A DNA stretch of 64,000 nucleotides from Candidatus Latescibacterota bacterium (lineage in GTDB: Bacteria > Latescibacterota > UBA2968 > UBA8231). The DNA lies in assembly GCA_965203355.1 (NCBI GenBank), contig OZ241889.1, positions 2,944,001-3,008,000 on the forward strand, given 5' to 3'. Shown here in pieces: positions 18,654 through 27,601 of this stretch. Position 1 is the first letter of the stretch. Every line of letters begins with the position of its first letter. The position numbers and the translations under genes are program-made. The notes below the pieces were generated by a model. That model was not told the DNA's origin and made no database searches. It saw only the letters and a program-made list of their open reading frames with translations.

Positions 18654-21600
18654 TTAAAAGACCAAGCGTCCACGCAACAGGACGCCGTGTTCAGCGGCAC
18701 TGGCCATGCGTTGCCAGCGTGTGCTCTCAAGGCTCACAGACATCGACGAGTCCACCTCAAAGCGCGTACCTAAGCGCAACTGCATTCGCTTTGGCGCTTG
18801 AGTCATTCCGCTGTACACAGTGTACACTCCCCGCCCACCGGGCGCGGCTAAACCGTAACCGACCTCTGCTTTGAGTTGACCTTGCGCGTTCATAGCACCC
18901 CGGTCCGCTATCTCGGCTACGCTGCGCTCCCACAGCGTCAGGCTGTTCGTATGCGTACCGTAGGTCGGCATCACCCGCAACGACAACCCGCGCCCACCGG
19001 TGCCAGCCGAGCGCTGGAGCAAGAGATGTGCACCCCATTCTTGGTGCTCAACCTCGTCGTCGCCGTCACTGACCAGACTCCGCGCCATAGCTTCCAGCGT
19101 GAAACCACCGCCTTCATAGCGCAAGCCACCGCCAATTTCTACACCGGCCCCGGTCTGTCCGTCGCCACCATCTTGGCGCAGAGCAACCTCTAGCTGGGGT
19201 GTCATCTGCCCATCCATGCCCACATCGTAAGCATAGGAGCCTTTGAGTGCCAACCTCAAGCGGTTAGCACTCACGGTTTGCTCGGCAATCCGGTTTCCTT
19301 TTCCATCCTCGACTTCTCCACCCTCGATTTCGACCTGTGCAACAGTAGCAGCAGCCTTGATCCGTAGCTGAGTCGGCCCGCTGGAGAGTAAGTCACCGCT
19401 AGCCCCTACACTTGCAGTCCGCAGCGATGTATCGCTCGACTGCTGGCCTACGGTTCCCTGTTCGTCGTCAATCTCGATGTCGCCGCGCCCTAAGCCCGCC
19501 GTCAACCATACTCCAAGCCGCCCTGGCGAGAACCCGACGTAAGGATGCAGGCTCAACATGCGGGGCGTATAAGTACCGTCAACTCGCTCTTCGCCGAGCA
19601 ACGGGGCGGAATAATCGAACGATCCTTGGGCCCACGATAGAGCTAACCCGGTTAGCACTTCGGCACCTGGCCTGGCATCCAAACCAATCTGAGCACGGGT
19701 TAGGTTGCCCTCCCAATCAAGTGAACCGTCGTCGCTAGACATTTGGCCGTAGTCTCCCCGGCCCCAAAATGTGGGACTACCGGGACAAAGAATGCATCCT
19801 CTACCAAAACCAAACGGCGTTGCAAAAGACGAGCCATTCATAACCTGTGCTAGATTAACCGGACGATTCTCGAATATCCGGCCAGACTGAATCATGTTGT
19901 AAAGAGTGGACTCAGCAGCGAAGCGAAAAGACCTATTCTTATCGCCAACTCTGTCCATCTGCTCAAGGCGATCTTCGATGGCGCGATTCGTTCCATCGGC
20001 AATAGCCAATGCGTACTTGGACAAGATCTGTTCATTGAGTTCCGCAAAACGATCCGTAGCCGATTCTTCCACCCGGACCTCAAAGCTAAGAATAGCGGCG
20101 TCCTCAGCAGTCATATTGGCGTCGGTATCGTGGGCCGTATATGTCAACGTATACGTTCCAACCTCTGTCGGTGCCCCCGAAAGCATCGGCGACATGGGGT
20201 TGGGGTCAAAGGTCAGACCCGGAGGCACGTTATCTAGAGTATAAGTCAACTCGCCGAACACAGCCTCGCCGTCTGGATTTAGCGAGAGCAAATTGCCGCC
20301 CGAAGCCAGAGGCAACACCAAGTCTTCAATCGCCTCACCTTCTATGTACGTCTGGTTGGCCACGTCCCCGCTAAAGCTGGGCGCACCATCTACCGTTATG
20401 TGAAAGGTTAACTCAGCCGAATCGCCATCGATATCCTCCACCTGATAGATCAAGCGATATACCCCAGTGTCCGTCGGCGTACCCGAAAGCGTCCGAGATG
20501 CAGCGTCGAAATTCAGACCCGGCACATTCATATCTAAACTATATGCCAACTCACCGTTGCCGCCCGCCGCCACTGGTAATTCCCACGGATTCATCGCCTC
20601 ATTCTGACGCAAAATTCGATCCTCAATGGTCGCGTCAAAAAAGGTAGGTGTACCGTCGACTGTTAGAAAGAAGCTCAACTCAGCCGAGTCGCCATCTTCA
20701 TCTTCTACCCGATACGTCAATTCATATCCCTCGGCAGGATGTGACACATTAAGCTCTGGCGTACCCGAAAGCGTCCGAGACGTGGGATCGAACGCCAGAC
20801 CCGGAGGCAAGTTCTCCTCATTCAAACTATACGTCAATTCGCCGTTGCCGCCCAAAGCCGCAGGTAACTCCAACGGAGCCATCTCCTCCCCTTCAGGAAT
20901 CCACTGATTCGTAACGGATCCTTCAAAGAAGGGCATACCATTCACCGAGATCGTGAAGCTCAACTCAGCCGAATCACCATCTTCATCCGCCACCCGATAC
21001 GTCAACGCATATGCCTCGGGAGAATATGACACATTAGGCGACAACTCACCCGAAATCGTCTGGGACGTGGCATCAAATGCCAGACCCGGAGGCAACTCAC
21101 CGTCCAAGGTATAGGTCAACACCACATTCCCACCTACCGCCGTCGGCAGAGATAAGCTCACCTCATCGCCTGCGGTGTACATCTGGTCTTCCACGACCTG
21201 ATCGCCGAAGCTAGGCATACCATTCACCACAATCGTGAAGGTCAATTCCGCCGAATCGCCATCCTCATCCACGCCCCGATACGTCAACACACATCCCTCG
21301 AAGTACAACACATCCGTCGGCAGCGTACCCGAAATCGTCTGGGACGTGGGATCAAACGTCAACCCCGGATGCAACTCACCGTCCAAGGTATAGGTCAATG
21401 CCACATTCCCGCCTACCGCCGTCGGCAGAGATAAACTCACCTCATCGCCTGCGGTGTACATCTGGTCTTCCACGACCTGATCGCCAAAGCTGGGCATGCC
21501 ATTCACCACAATCGTGAAGGTCAACTCTGCCGAATCGCCATCCACATCTGCCACCTGATAAGTCAGCGGATAGCCCGCAGCATACAACATATCAGCCGCC

Positions 21601-23561
21601 AGATCCCCCGAAAGCGTCCGAGACGCGGCATCAAATGTCAGACCCGACGGCAAATCGCCATCTAGGCTATATGTCAACGCCTCATTACCACCCGAAGCCG
21701 AGGGCAATTCCCAGCTCTCTATCGACGTCCCCGCGGAAAAAGTAATTTCATTCGCCACGGTTCCATCGAAGCTGGGCATACCATTCACCGAGATACTGAA
21801 GCTCAGTTCCACAGCATCGCCATCCACGTCCGCCACCCGATACGTCAACGGATAGCCCGCGGCAGCATATAGTACATCAGTCGACAGATGACCCGCTATC
21901 GTCTGAGACGCGGGATCAAACGTCAGACCCAGAGGCAAATCGCCATCCAAACTATACGTCAATGCCACATTCCCACCTGCCGCCATCGGCAGACCTAAGA
22001 TCACCTCATCGCCTGCGGTGTACATTTGGTCTTCCACGACCTGATCGCCAAAACTCGGCATAGCAGCTATCACAATCGCGTAGCTCAACGTCGCATCATC
22101 GCCATCCACATCCGCCACCCGATACGTGAACGCATATGACTCGTCGTACAGTACATCCGCAGGCGGCACACCCGCTATCGTCCGAGCATCGGCATCAAAC
22201 GTCAGACCCAGAGGCAAATCGCCGTCCAAACTATACGTCAATGCCACATTCCCACCTGCCGCCATCGGCAGACCTAAGATCACCTCATCGCCCGCTGCGT
22301 ACATTTGGTCTTCCACGACCTGATCGCCAAAACTCGGCATAGCAGCTATCACAATCGCGAAGGTCAACTCTGCCGAATCGCCATCGGAATCCACCGCCCG
22401 ATACGTGAACGCATATGACTCGTCGTACAGCACATCCGCAGGCGGCACACCCGCTATCGTCCGAGCATCGGCATCAAACGTCAGACCCAGAGGCAAATCG
22501 CCGTCCAAACTATACGTCAATGCGTCGGTGGACCGACCTACTGGCAACTCCCAAGGCTGTTTTATCTCTTCGCCTGCAGTAAAGGTCGTTTGACCCGCAG
22601 CGACCGCTGCAAAGGTAAGTTCCACTGAGATCGTAAAGGCCAATTCCTCCCCGTCGCTCTCCTCCATATTGGTATCGGAATCTTCTACCCGATAGGTCAT
22701 TCCATACGTCCCAGCTACAGTCGGCGTACCCGAAAGCGTCCGAGACGCAGCATCAAACGTTAGACCTGGCACCTCCGGCGACAAGCTATATCTCGGCGGT
22801 GCCTCATATTCTCCCACCGAAGCCATAGGCAGTTCCAGCGTTCCTATATCCTCGCCTGTCTGGTATGACTGATCGGCAACCATCGCCCCCTCAAAGCTCG
22901 GCCTTGTATCGACTTCTACCTCAAATTTCAACGTGGCCGTATCGCCGTCGGCATCCATTACTTCGTAAGTCATCAAGAAAATAGCCACTTCCGAAGGCGT
23001 ACCCGAAAGCGTCCGAGACGCAGCATCAAATTCCAAACCCGGTGGCAAGGGACTTAGAGCATATTTCAACTCGCCGTTACCACCCGAAGCCACAGGCAAC
23101 TCTAAAGCCTCTATCGCCAACCCGGCCGAGAACATCTGATTGGCAACCGTAGCACCGCCAAAGCTCGGAGCTACATCCTCTTCATTTACTAAAATATTGA
23201 ATTTCAACGTGGCTGTAGCACCGTCGGCATCCATTACTTCGTAAGTCATTAAGAAAATAGCCACTTCCGAAGGCGTACCCGAAAGCGTCCGAGACGCAGC
23301 ATCAAATTCCAAACCCGGTGGCAAGGGACTTAGAGCATATTTCAACTCGCCGTTACCACCCGAAGCCACAGGCAACTCTAAAGCCTCTATCGCCAACCCG
23401 GCCGAGAACATCTGATTGGCAACCGCCGCATCGCCAAAGCTCGGCACATCCTGGGCTTCAGCCGCCGGAGCCGACATCAAAGTGGTCGCCAGAAAGAACA
23501 TACTCAGGCAGGACAGCAATCTATTCCGAACAAGTTTGTTACTAACTACACAACCGCTCAT
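18654..23561 (-). CDS. Autotransporter adhesin with about 12 putative Ig (cadherin-like) domains and C-terminal beta-barrel
   Basis: Signal peptide; repeats PSF...LP.A.GGN..L.Y.L...LP.GL.FD...T.SG...TY...D.DGD; helical linker; amphipathic beta strands ending in terminal Phe; RBS GGAGG. Confidence 0.9.
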   Translation of the reverse strand: MSGCVVSNKLVRNRLLSCLSMFFLATTLMSAPAAEAQDVPSFGDAAVANQMFSAGLAIEALELPVASGGNGELKYALSPLPPGLEFDAASRTLSGTPSEVAIFLMTYEVMDADGATATLKFNILVNEEDVAPSFGGATVANQMFSAGLAIEALELPVASGGNGELKYALSPLPPGLEFDAASRTLSGTPSEVAIFLMTYEVMDADGDTATLKFEVEVDTRPSFEGAMVADQSYQTGEDIGTLELPMASVGEYEAPPRYSLSPEVPGLTFDAASRTLSGTPTVAGTYGMTYRVEDSDTNMEESDGEELAFTISVELTFAAVAAGQTTFTAGEEIKQPWELPVGRSTDALTYSLDGDLPLGLTFDADARTIAGVPPADVLYDESYAFTYRAVDSDGDSAELTFAIVIAAMPSFGDQVVEDQMYAAGDEVILGLPMAAGGNVALTYSLDGDLPLGLTFDADARTIAGVPPADVLYDESYAFTYRVADVDGDDATLSYAIVIAAMPSFGDQVVEDQMYTAGDEVILGLPMAAGGNVALTYSLDGDLPLGLTFDPASQTIAGHLSTDVLYAAAGYPLTYRVADVDGDAVELSFSISVNGMPSFDGTVANEITFSAGTSIESWELPSASGGNEALTYSLDGDLPSGLTFDAASRTLSGDLAADMLYAAGYPLTYQVADVDGDSAELTFTIVVNGMPSFGDQVVEDQMYTAGDEVSLSLPTAVGGNVALTYTLDGELHPGLTFDPTSQTISGTLPTDVLYFEGCVLTYRGVDEDGDSAELTFTIVVNGMPSFGDQVVEDQMYTAGDEVSLSLPTAVGGNVVLTYTLDGELPPGLAFDATSQTISGELSPNVSYSPEAYALTYRVADEDGDSAELSFTISVNGMPFFEGSVTNQWIPEGEEMAPLELPAALGGNGELTYSLNEENLPPGLAFDPTSRTLSGTPELNVSHPAEGYELTYRVEDEDGDSAELSFFLTVDGTPTFFDATIEDRILRQNEAMNPWELPVAAGGNGELAYSLDMNVPGLNFDAASRTLSGTPTDTGVYRLIYQVEDIDGDSAELTFHITVDGAPSFSGDVANQTYIEGEAIEDLVLPLASGGNLLSLNPDGEAVFGELTYTLDNVPPGLTFDPNPMSPMLSGAPTEVGTYTLTYTAHDTDANMTAEDAAILSFEVRVEESATDRFAELNEQILSKYALAIADGTNRAIEDRLEQMDRVGDKNRSFRFAAESTLYNMIQSGRIFENRPVNLAQVMNGSSFATPFGFGRGCILCPGSPTFWGRGDYGQMSSDDGSLDWEGNLTRAQIGLDARPGAEVLTGLALSWAQGSFDYSAPLLGEERVDGTYTPRMLSLHPYVGFSPGRLGVWLTAGLGRGDIEIDDEQGTVGQQSSDTSLRTASVGASGDLLSSGPTQLRIKAAATVAQVEIEGGEVEDGKGNRIAEQTVSANRLRLALKGSYAYDVGMDGQMTPQLEVALRQDGGDGQTGAGVEIGGGLRYEGGGFTLEAMARSLVSDGDDEVEHQEWGAHLLLQRSAGTGGRGLSLRVMPTYGTHTNSLTLWERSVAEIADRGAMNAQGQLKAEVGYGLAAPGGRGVYTVYSGMTQAPKRMQLRLGTRFEVDSSMSVSLESTRWQRMASAAEHGVLLRGRLVF
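21050..21545. repeat. Intragenic tandem repeat, period 279 bp (Ig domains 8/9)
   Basis: GCAACTCACCGTCCAAGGTATAGG at 21092 and 21371 with near-identical flanks; boundaries approximate. Confidence 0.85.
21916..22523. repeat. Intragenic tandem repeat, period 279 bp (Ig domains 4/5/6)
   Basis: TCAAACGTCAGACCCAGAGGCAAATCGCC at 21916, 22195 and 22474. Confidence 0.9.
22925..23444. repeat. Intragenic tandem repeat, period 276 bp (Ig domains 1/2)
   Basis: 22925-23168 nearly identical to 23201-23444. Confidence 0.92.
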
Positions 23562-23583
23562 AATTCATCCTCCAATGAGAGAT

Positions 23584-23673
23584 TTAAGTTTTAAGATGTT
23601 GTAGCGCAGCGTTGTGCGCTAGACCGCCGCCTCGCCGCTCCAAGGCCGCACCACCTCCCATCACCACACTCAT
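23584..23673 (-). CDS. Possible 29-aa leader ORF upstream of the autotransporter
   Basis: RBS AGAGAGGA then MSVVMGGGAALERRGGGLAHNAALQHLKT*. Confidence 0.3.
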   Translation of the reverse strand: MSVVMGGGAALERRGGGLAHNAALQHLKT

Positions 23674-23760
23674 GGTTCCTCTCTCTTAGCGACCCTTACA
23701 ATAATAGCTTAATTGAAGAGCGTGTAGAGAAGCCTGAGATCGTTTCACGTAACTCAATAC

Positions 23761-23789
23761 AAAATACGCATCTAATATCCAAGATGCAA
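23761..23789 (-). promoter_or_regulatory. Candidate autotransporter promoter overlapped by an inverted repeat
   Basis: Minus strand TTGCAT-N17-TATTTT; GCATCT-N8-AGATGC at 23768-23787. Confidence 0.45.
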
Positions 23790-23839
23790 GAGGTAGTTTC
23801 TAAAACATATGGCCTATCAGCACCTAGCACACAGAAAGG

Positions 23840-24325
23840 TCAAAATTTTGCAAAAAGAGGAATATCTTGACGCAACTCGGCTTCCAACCTAGAGTGGCAA
23901 GAAGGGCAAACCGCAATCAGATGTTCCAGTTTATTGGCCTCTATATTGGAAGAGAAACTGCGATAGGGAATCTTGTGATGTACGTCAAGCTGACGCCCCA
24001 GTTCCTCTTCGCTGACCCCACATACTTGGCATATGAAACCATCGCGAGTCCGCGCCTTTAGCGCTTGGAGTTCCCAATTGGCCCCTCGCCGTTTGGAATT
24101 TTCCCCTAAGCAAACCTCTAACGAGGGCATAGCCTCTGTCCAAGCACGGCGGCAGGACGCGTCGCAAAAGTGCAACTGCGCTTGATCAGCATACCAAGTC
24201 GGCACCTCAATCTCTAGCCGACAATGCACACAGCGCGTAGCGGCCTGTACACTGTCGCCAGCGGGGCATCGTTCGCCAAAATCAAATCCCATCTGATTAG
24301 AAGAAGCCATGAGACCACAGGGCAT
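23840..24325 (-). CDS. HNH endonuclease with N-terminal zinc-finger
   Basis: CVHC...FCDASC; RDGFICQVC...LDVHHKIPY...N...CPSCH; start uncertain. Confidence 0.85.
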   Translation of the reverse strand: MPCGLMASSNQMGFDFGERCPAGDSVQAATRCVHCRLEIEVPTWYADQAQLHFCDASCRRAWTEAMPSLEVCLGENSKRRGANWELQALKARTRDGFICQVCGVSEEELGRQLDVHHKIPYRSFSSNIEANKLEHLIAVCPSCHSRLEAELRQDIPLFAKF

Positions 24326-24442
24326 AATTTTATGTGGGATCCAGTTCGCTTCTGGTCTTCGCTAGTCTCTTGTTTGAAGACTCGACTTGCCCCGCCTCCC
24401 CACCTCCTATATATTTAACAATTTTATTGAAGGAGCGCAAAG

Positions 24443-24697
24443 TTGCCTAAACTCAAGTCCGCCAAAAAGCATCAGATCACTAGTGCCAAAGCCTACGAAC
24501 GGAACCGTGCACTTCGCTCGCGGATGCGCACGGCCCTCAAGAAAGTCCGTCAAGCTCGGGACAAAGCCTCAGCAGAGATCGCTCTACAGACGGCGATCTC
24601 GACTGTCGATAGGACCACCAATAAGGGCATCATCCATAAAAATACTGCCGCCCGCTACAAGTCGCAGTTGAGCCGCCTCGTGCAGACGATGGCCTGA
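24443..24697 (+). CDS. rpsT: 30S ribosomal protein S20
   Basis: KSAKK...RNRALRSRMRTALKK...KGIIHKNTAARYKS; TTG start after AAGGAG. Confidence 0.97.
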   Translation: MPKLKSAKKHQITSAKAYERNRALRSRMRTALKKVRQARDKASAEIALQTAISTVDRTTNKGIIHKNTAARYKSQLSRLVQTMA

Positions 24698-24704
24698 TGG
24701 CCCC

Positions 24705-25622
24705 TCATTCAAAAGCGCGACTACTCAAGTAGCGCAATCCGCTGTCGCAGAGGATGGTCGCGACCCGAGCATTTCTGCCCATCTCCCGAGCGACTTGGGA
24801 GGCGATGTAGGCGTTGGCTCCTGCTGAAATTCCCACCAAAAGCCCTTCCTCTCGAGCCAAGCGGCGGGCCATTTCATACGCGTCGTCGTCAGTAATGACC
24901 CTCACCTCGTCGATAATCTCGCGGTTGAGAATTGGTGGTACAAAACCCGCGCCAATACCTTCTATATAACTGAATCCAGCCCTCCCGCCTGAAAGCACAG
25001 GCGACCCTGCAGGCTCGATGGCGATGACCCGCACTGTGGACATCGCTTCCTTAAGTACTTCGCCGACGCCAGTCAACGATCCCCCAGTACCCACTCCCGC
25101 TACAAAGGCATCGATCCGGCCATCTAGCTGTTCTAATATCTCACGGCCGGTCGTGCGGCGATGTACTTCGGGGTTCGCTGCATTCATAAACTGCTGTGGC
25201 AAAAAGTAATCTGGATGCTCGCGCTTGAGTTCAAGTGCTTTGTCAATAGCTCCGCGCATACCCTCGACCGCTGGCGTCAACACAACTTCGGCACCGTACG
25301 CCTGCATCTGTAAGCGGCGCTCGCGGCTAGCCGTGTCGAACATGGTGACGATGAGTTTGTAGCCCTTGTAGGCAGCCACCATGGCCAAGCCAATGCCGGT
25401 ATTACCACTAGTGGGTTCAATGATCGTGCCGCTTTTAGCCAGCAGCCCTTGCTTTTCGGCGGCTTCAATCATGGCTAGGGCGATACGGTCCTTGACACTG
25501 CCACCGGGATTGGTCACCTCCAACTTGCCCCATACCTCGGCAGCATCCTCCCCGACCACTCGGCTGAGGCGGACTATAGGCGTAGCCCCGATTAACTCCA
25601 GCACATTGTGAGCGCGTTTCAT
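24705..25622 (-). CDS. cysK: Cysteine synthase A
   Basis: NPGGSVKDR, PTSGNTG, QQF.N.AN, GVGTGG, IEGIG, GISAG. Confidence 0.93.
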   Translation of the reverse strand: MKRAHNVLELIGATPIVRLSRVVGEDAAEVWGKLEVTNPGGSVKDRIALAMIEAAEKQGLLAKSGTIIEPTSGNTGIGLAMVAAYKGYKLIVTMFDTASRERRLQMQAYGAEVVLTPAVEGMRGAIDKALELKREHPDYFLPQQFMNAANPEVHRRTTGREILEQLDGRIDAFVAGVGTGGSLTGVGEVLKEAMSTVRVIAIEPAGSPVLSGGRAGFSYIEGIGAGFVPPILNREIIDEVRVITDDDAYEMARRLAREEGLLVGISAGANAYIASQVAREMGRNARVATILCDSGLRYLSSRAFE

Positions 25623-25663
25623 CCGGTCTCCAAACCTAACGCCTGTCGTCTGTACGGTAGTCT

Positions 25664-25942
25664 TTAACTCCCGCCGGCAATAGCCGGGACGATGGAGACA
25701 CTGTCACCATCGTTGAGGGGCGTGTCCTTACCGTCGAGGAAGCGAATATCTTCGTCGTTGACAAAAATATTGACGTAGCGGCGGATCTCGCGCCCCTCGT
25801 CAAGCAGTTTATCGGCCAAACCCTCGTAGGAGCGGTCGAGGCCATCTACCAACTCGCTAATAGTCCCCGCCTCCAACTCGACCTCAGCCTGATTGTGGGT
25901 CAATTTCCGCAACGGCGTGGGAATGTGAACAGTAACCGGCAT
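25664..25942 (-). CDS. MoaD/ThiS-family sulfur carrier (CysO-like) ending ...IAGGS
   Basis: VHIPTPLR...YVNIFVNDEDIRFL...IVPAIAGG-S; ATG 25942 after GGAGGA. Confidence 0.92.
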   Translation of the reverse strand: MPVTVHIPTPLRKLTHNQAEVELEAGTISELVDGLDRSYEGLADKLLDEGREIRRYVNIFVNDEDIRFLDGKDTPLNDGDSVSIVPAIAGGS

Positions 25943-26005
25943 TTCATCCTCCATGTGGTTAATTTAAGCGGCTCTGCCGCTCGCATTCTATCAATAACTG
26001 TTTGA

Positions 26006-26500
26006 CTAAACTATTTCAACACCCGTTTCGGCGTAGCGGCTACCATCCCAAGCAAAACATTTGTAGCCTTGCACTTTTCGTCGGCTACCCGTCTCCTCGC
26101 CATAAACTGAAAGTACCAGATACATCGCATCCGGAGCATCTGGGTCGTCCCCGGCCTCTCGGCTGTTGAATATCCAAGTGCGTCTTTCGTCTTCTTCCGA
26201 GAAGTAAGCCGCACAATCAATGTGGGAATGGTAGCACCCTGAGATCCGCCCCCCTGCCTTTTCAGCCGCTTCCGCGATGTGCAATTGCTCGCTGGGGTCA
26301 ATCAGATAGGCCATGCGTGCATCGCGGGGATAGTGCCCGGGGTCTTCTTCGTGCCGCTGTTGTTGTATATTAGCGCAAGCATGGGCAGCGGACACCCCAC
26401 TTTGCACCTCCTCCACCAACAGACCGCAACACTCGTGTGGGTACTCGGCCAAGGCTTGGACGCAAATCCGATCAAAATCCTCGCGGGCGATGTGCAGCAT
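26006..26500 (-). CDS. JAB/JAMM metallopeptidase (Mec-like, M67 family)
   Basis: YPHECCGLL and YHSH...FSEED (E...HxH...S..D). Confidence 0.92.
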   Translation of the reverse strand: MLHIAREDFDRICVQALAEYPHECCGLLVEEVQSGVSAAHACANIQQQRHEEDPGHYPRDARMAYLIDPSEQLHIAEAAEKAGGRISGCYHSHIDCAAYFSEEDERRTWIFNSREAGDDPDAPDAMYLVLSVYGEETGSRRKVQGYKCFAWDGSRYAETGVEIV

Positions 26501-26512
26501 TCGGCTATCCCT

Positions 26513-27433
26513 TCACTTAGTAACGCCCTCAAGGGCCAGCCGCCACATAGGCGTACTCATATACTTGTCGCCACCATCGCAAAATATCGTCACCACGACC
26601 CCTGTATCTAGCTGACGGGCAACTTCCAGCGCGGCCCAATAAGCTCCGCCCGAAGACTGGCCAACGAGAATCCCCTGCTCGACCGGCAGCCGCAGTGCCG
26701 TATCATAAGCATCATCGGTATCTATCGGTATTTTGTAGTCGAAGAGCGTCTCGTCGTAGATACCAGGGACAATTGAACTCTCCATGTGCTTAAGTCCTTC
26801 AATACCGTGAAACGGCTCAGCTGGCTCAGCGGCGATGATCTGGATCGCTGGATTGAACTTCCTAAGACCTCGGCCAGTGCCCATCAAGGTACCGCTGGTA
26901 CCAATAGTGGCAACAAAATGAGTGACGCGGCCTTGGGTTTGCTCCCAGATTTCGGGTGCCGTAGTATCGCGATGGGCGTACCAATTCGCGGGATTGTTGT
27001 ATTGATCGGGCTTGAAATACCGGTCGGGGTCGGCTTCGTATATCCGCCGTGCTTCCCGTATGGCCCCATCGGAAAGCTCTCCTGGGTCGGTGCATACCAC
27101 TTCGGCACCATAGGCGGCGAGAATGGCCTTGCGCTCGCGGCTGACGTTGGCCGGCATGGCCAATTTTACCCGATAGCCCTTGGCCGCCCCGATCATCGCG
27201 TAAGCAATGCCGGTATTTCCAGAAGTAGAGTCCAAAATGATCTTGCCTGGACCCAGCGACCCGTCCTGCTCGCCCTCCTCGATCATCCGCCGCGCCGGCC
27301 GGTCCTTGACGGACCCTCCAGGATTAAAAAACTCCAGCTTGGCATACACTTCCACCCTCGGTGGAATCGCCGGATCCCTCAGCCGCAAAAGCGGCGTATC
27401 ACCAATCTGTTCGACGACCGATAGACCAATCAC
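26513..27433 (-). CDS. cysM: PLP-dependent cysteine synthase, CysM-like
   Basis: NPGGSVKDR, STSGNTG, DQYNNPAN, GTSGT, HGIEGLK; first gene of the cysM-mec-cysO-cysK cluster. Confidence 0.88.
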   Translation of the reverse strand: MIGLSVVEQIGDTPLLRLRDPAIPPRVEVYAKLEFFNPGGSVKDRPARRMIEEGEQDGSLGPGKIILDSTSGNTGIAYAMIGAAKGYRVKLAMPANVSRERKAILAAYGAEVVCTDPGELSDGAIREARRIYEADPDRYFKPDQYNNPANWYAHRDTTAPEIWEQTQGRVTHFVATIGTSGTLMGTGRGLRKFNPAIQIIAAEPAEPFHGIEGLKHMESSIVPGIYDETLFDYKIPIDTDDAYDTALRLPVEQGILVGQSSGGAYWAALEVARQLDTGVVVTIFCDGGDKYMSTPMWRLALEGVTK

Positions 27434-27450
27434 AAAAATCTCCTCTCACG

Positions 27451-27479
27451 ATTAAAAGAACCAAAATCCACTATGTCAA
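27451..27479 (-). promoter_or_regulatory. Sigma-70 promoter of the cys cluster
   Basis: Minus strand TTGACA-N17-TTTAAT. Confidence 0.65.
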
Positions 27480-27494
27480 CTAATTCCGTCTTTT

Positions 27495-27546
27495 CTTGAC
27501 ACGCTCCAAGCTACCTTCTACTTGACACGCTCCAAGCTACCTTCTA
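27495..27546 (+). repeat. Perfect 26-bp tandem duplication spanning the aspS promoter
   Basis: CTTGACACGCTCCAAGCTACCTTCTA x2; copy 2 gives TTGACA-N17-TATTTT (27522-27550). Confidence 0.95.
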
Positions 27547-27601
27547 TTTTTTGTTGTTTCCCATCTAAAATCCAATTTATTTTATCTTTTAGGTATAACT
27601 T

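Noticed and set aside
21050-23444. Diversity-generating retroelement or CRISPR explanation for the near-identical repeats
   Set aside because: Repeats are in-frame protein domains, there is no reverse transcriptase or cas gene, and mismatches do not look adenine-specific
27495-27546. Mini CRISPR array
   Set aside because: Two abutting copies with no spacer
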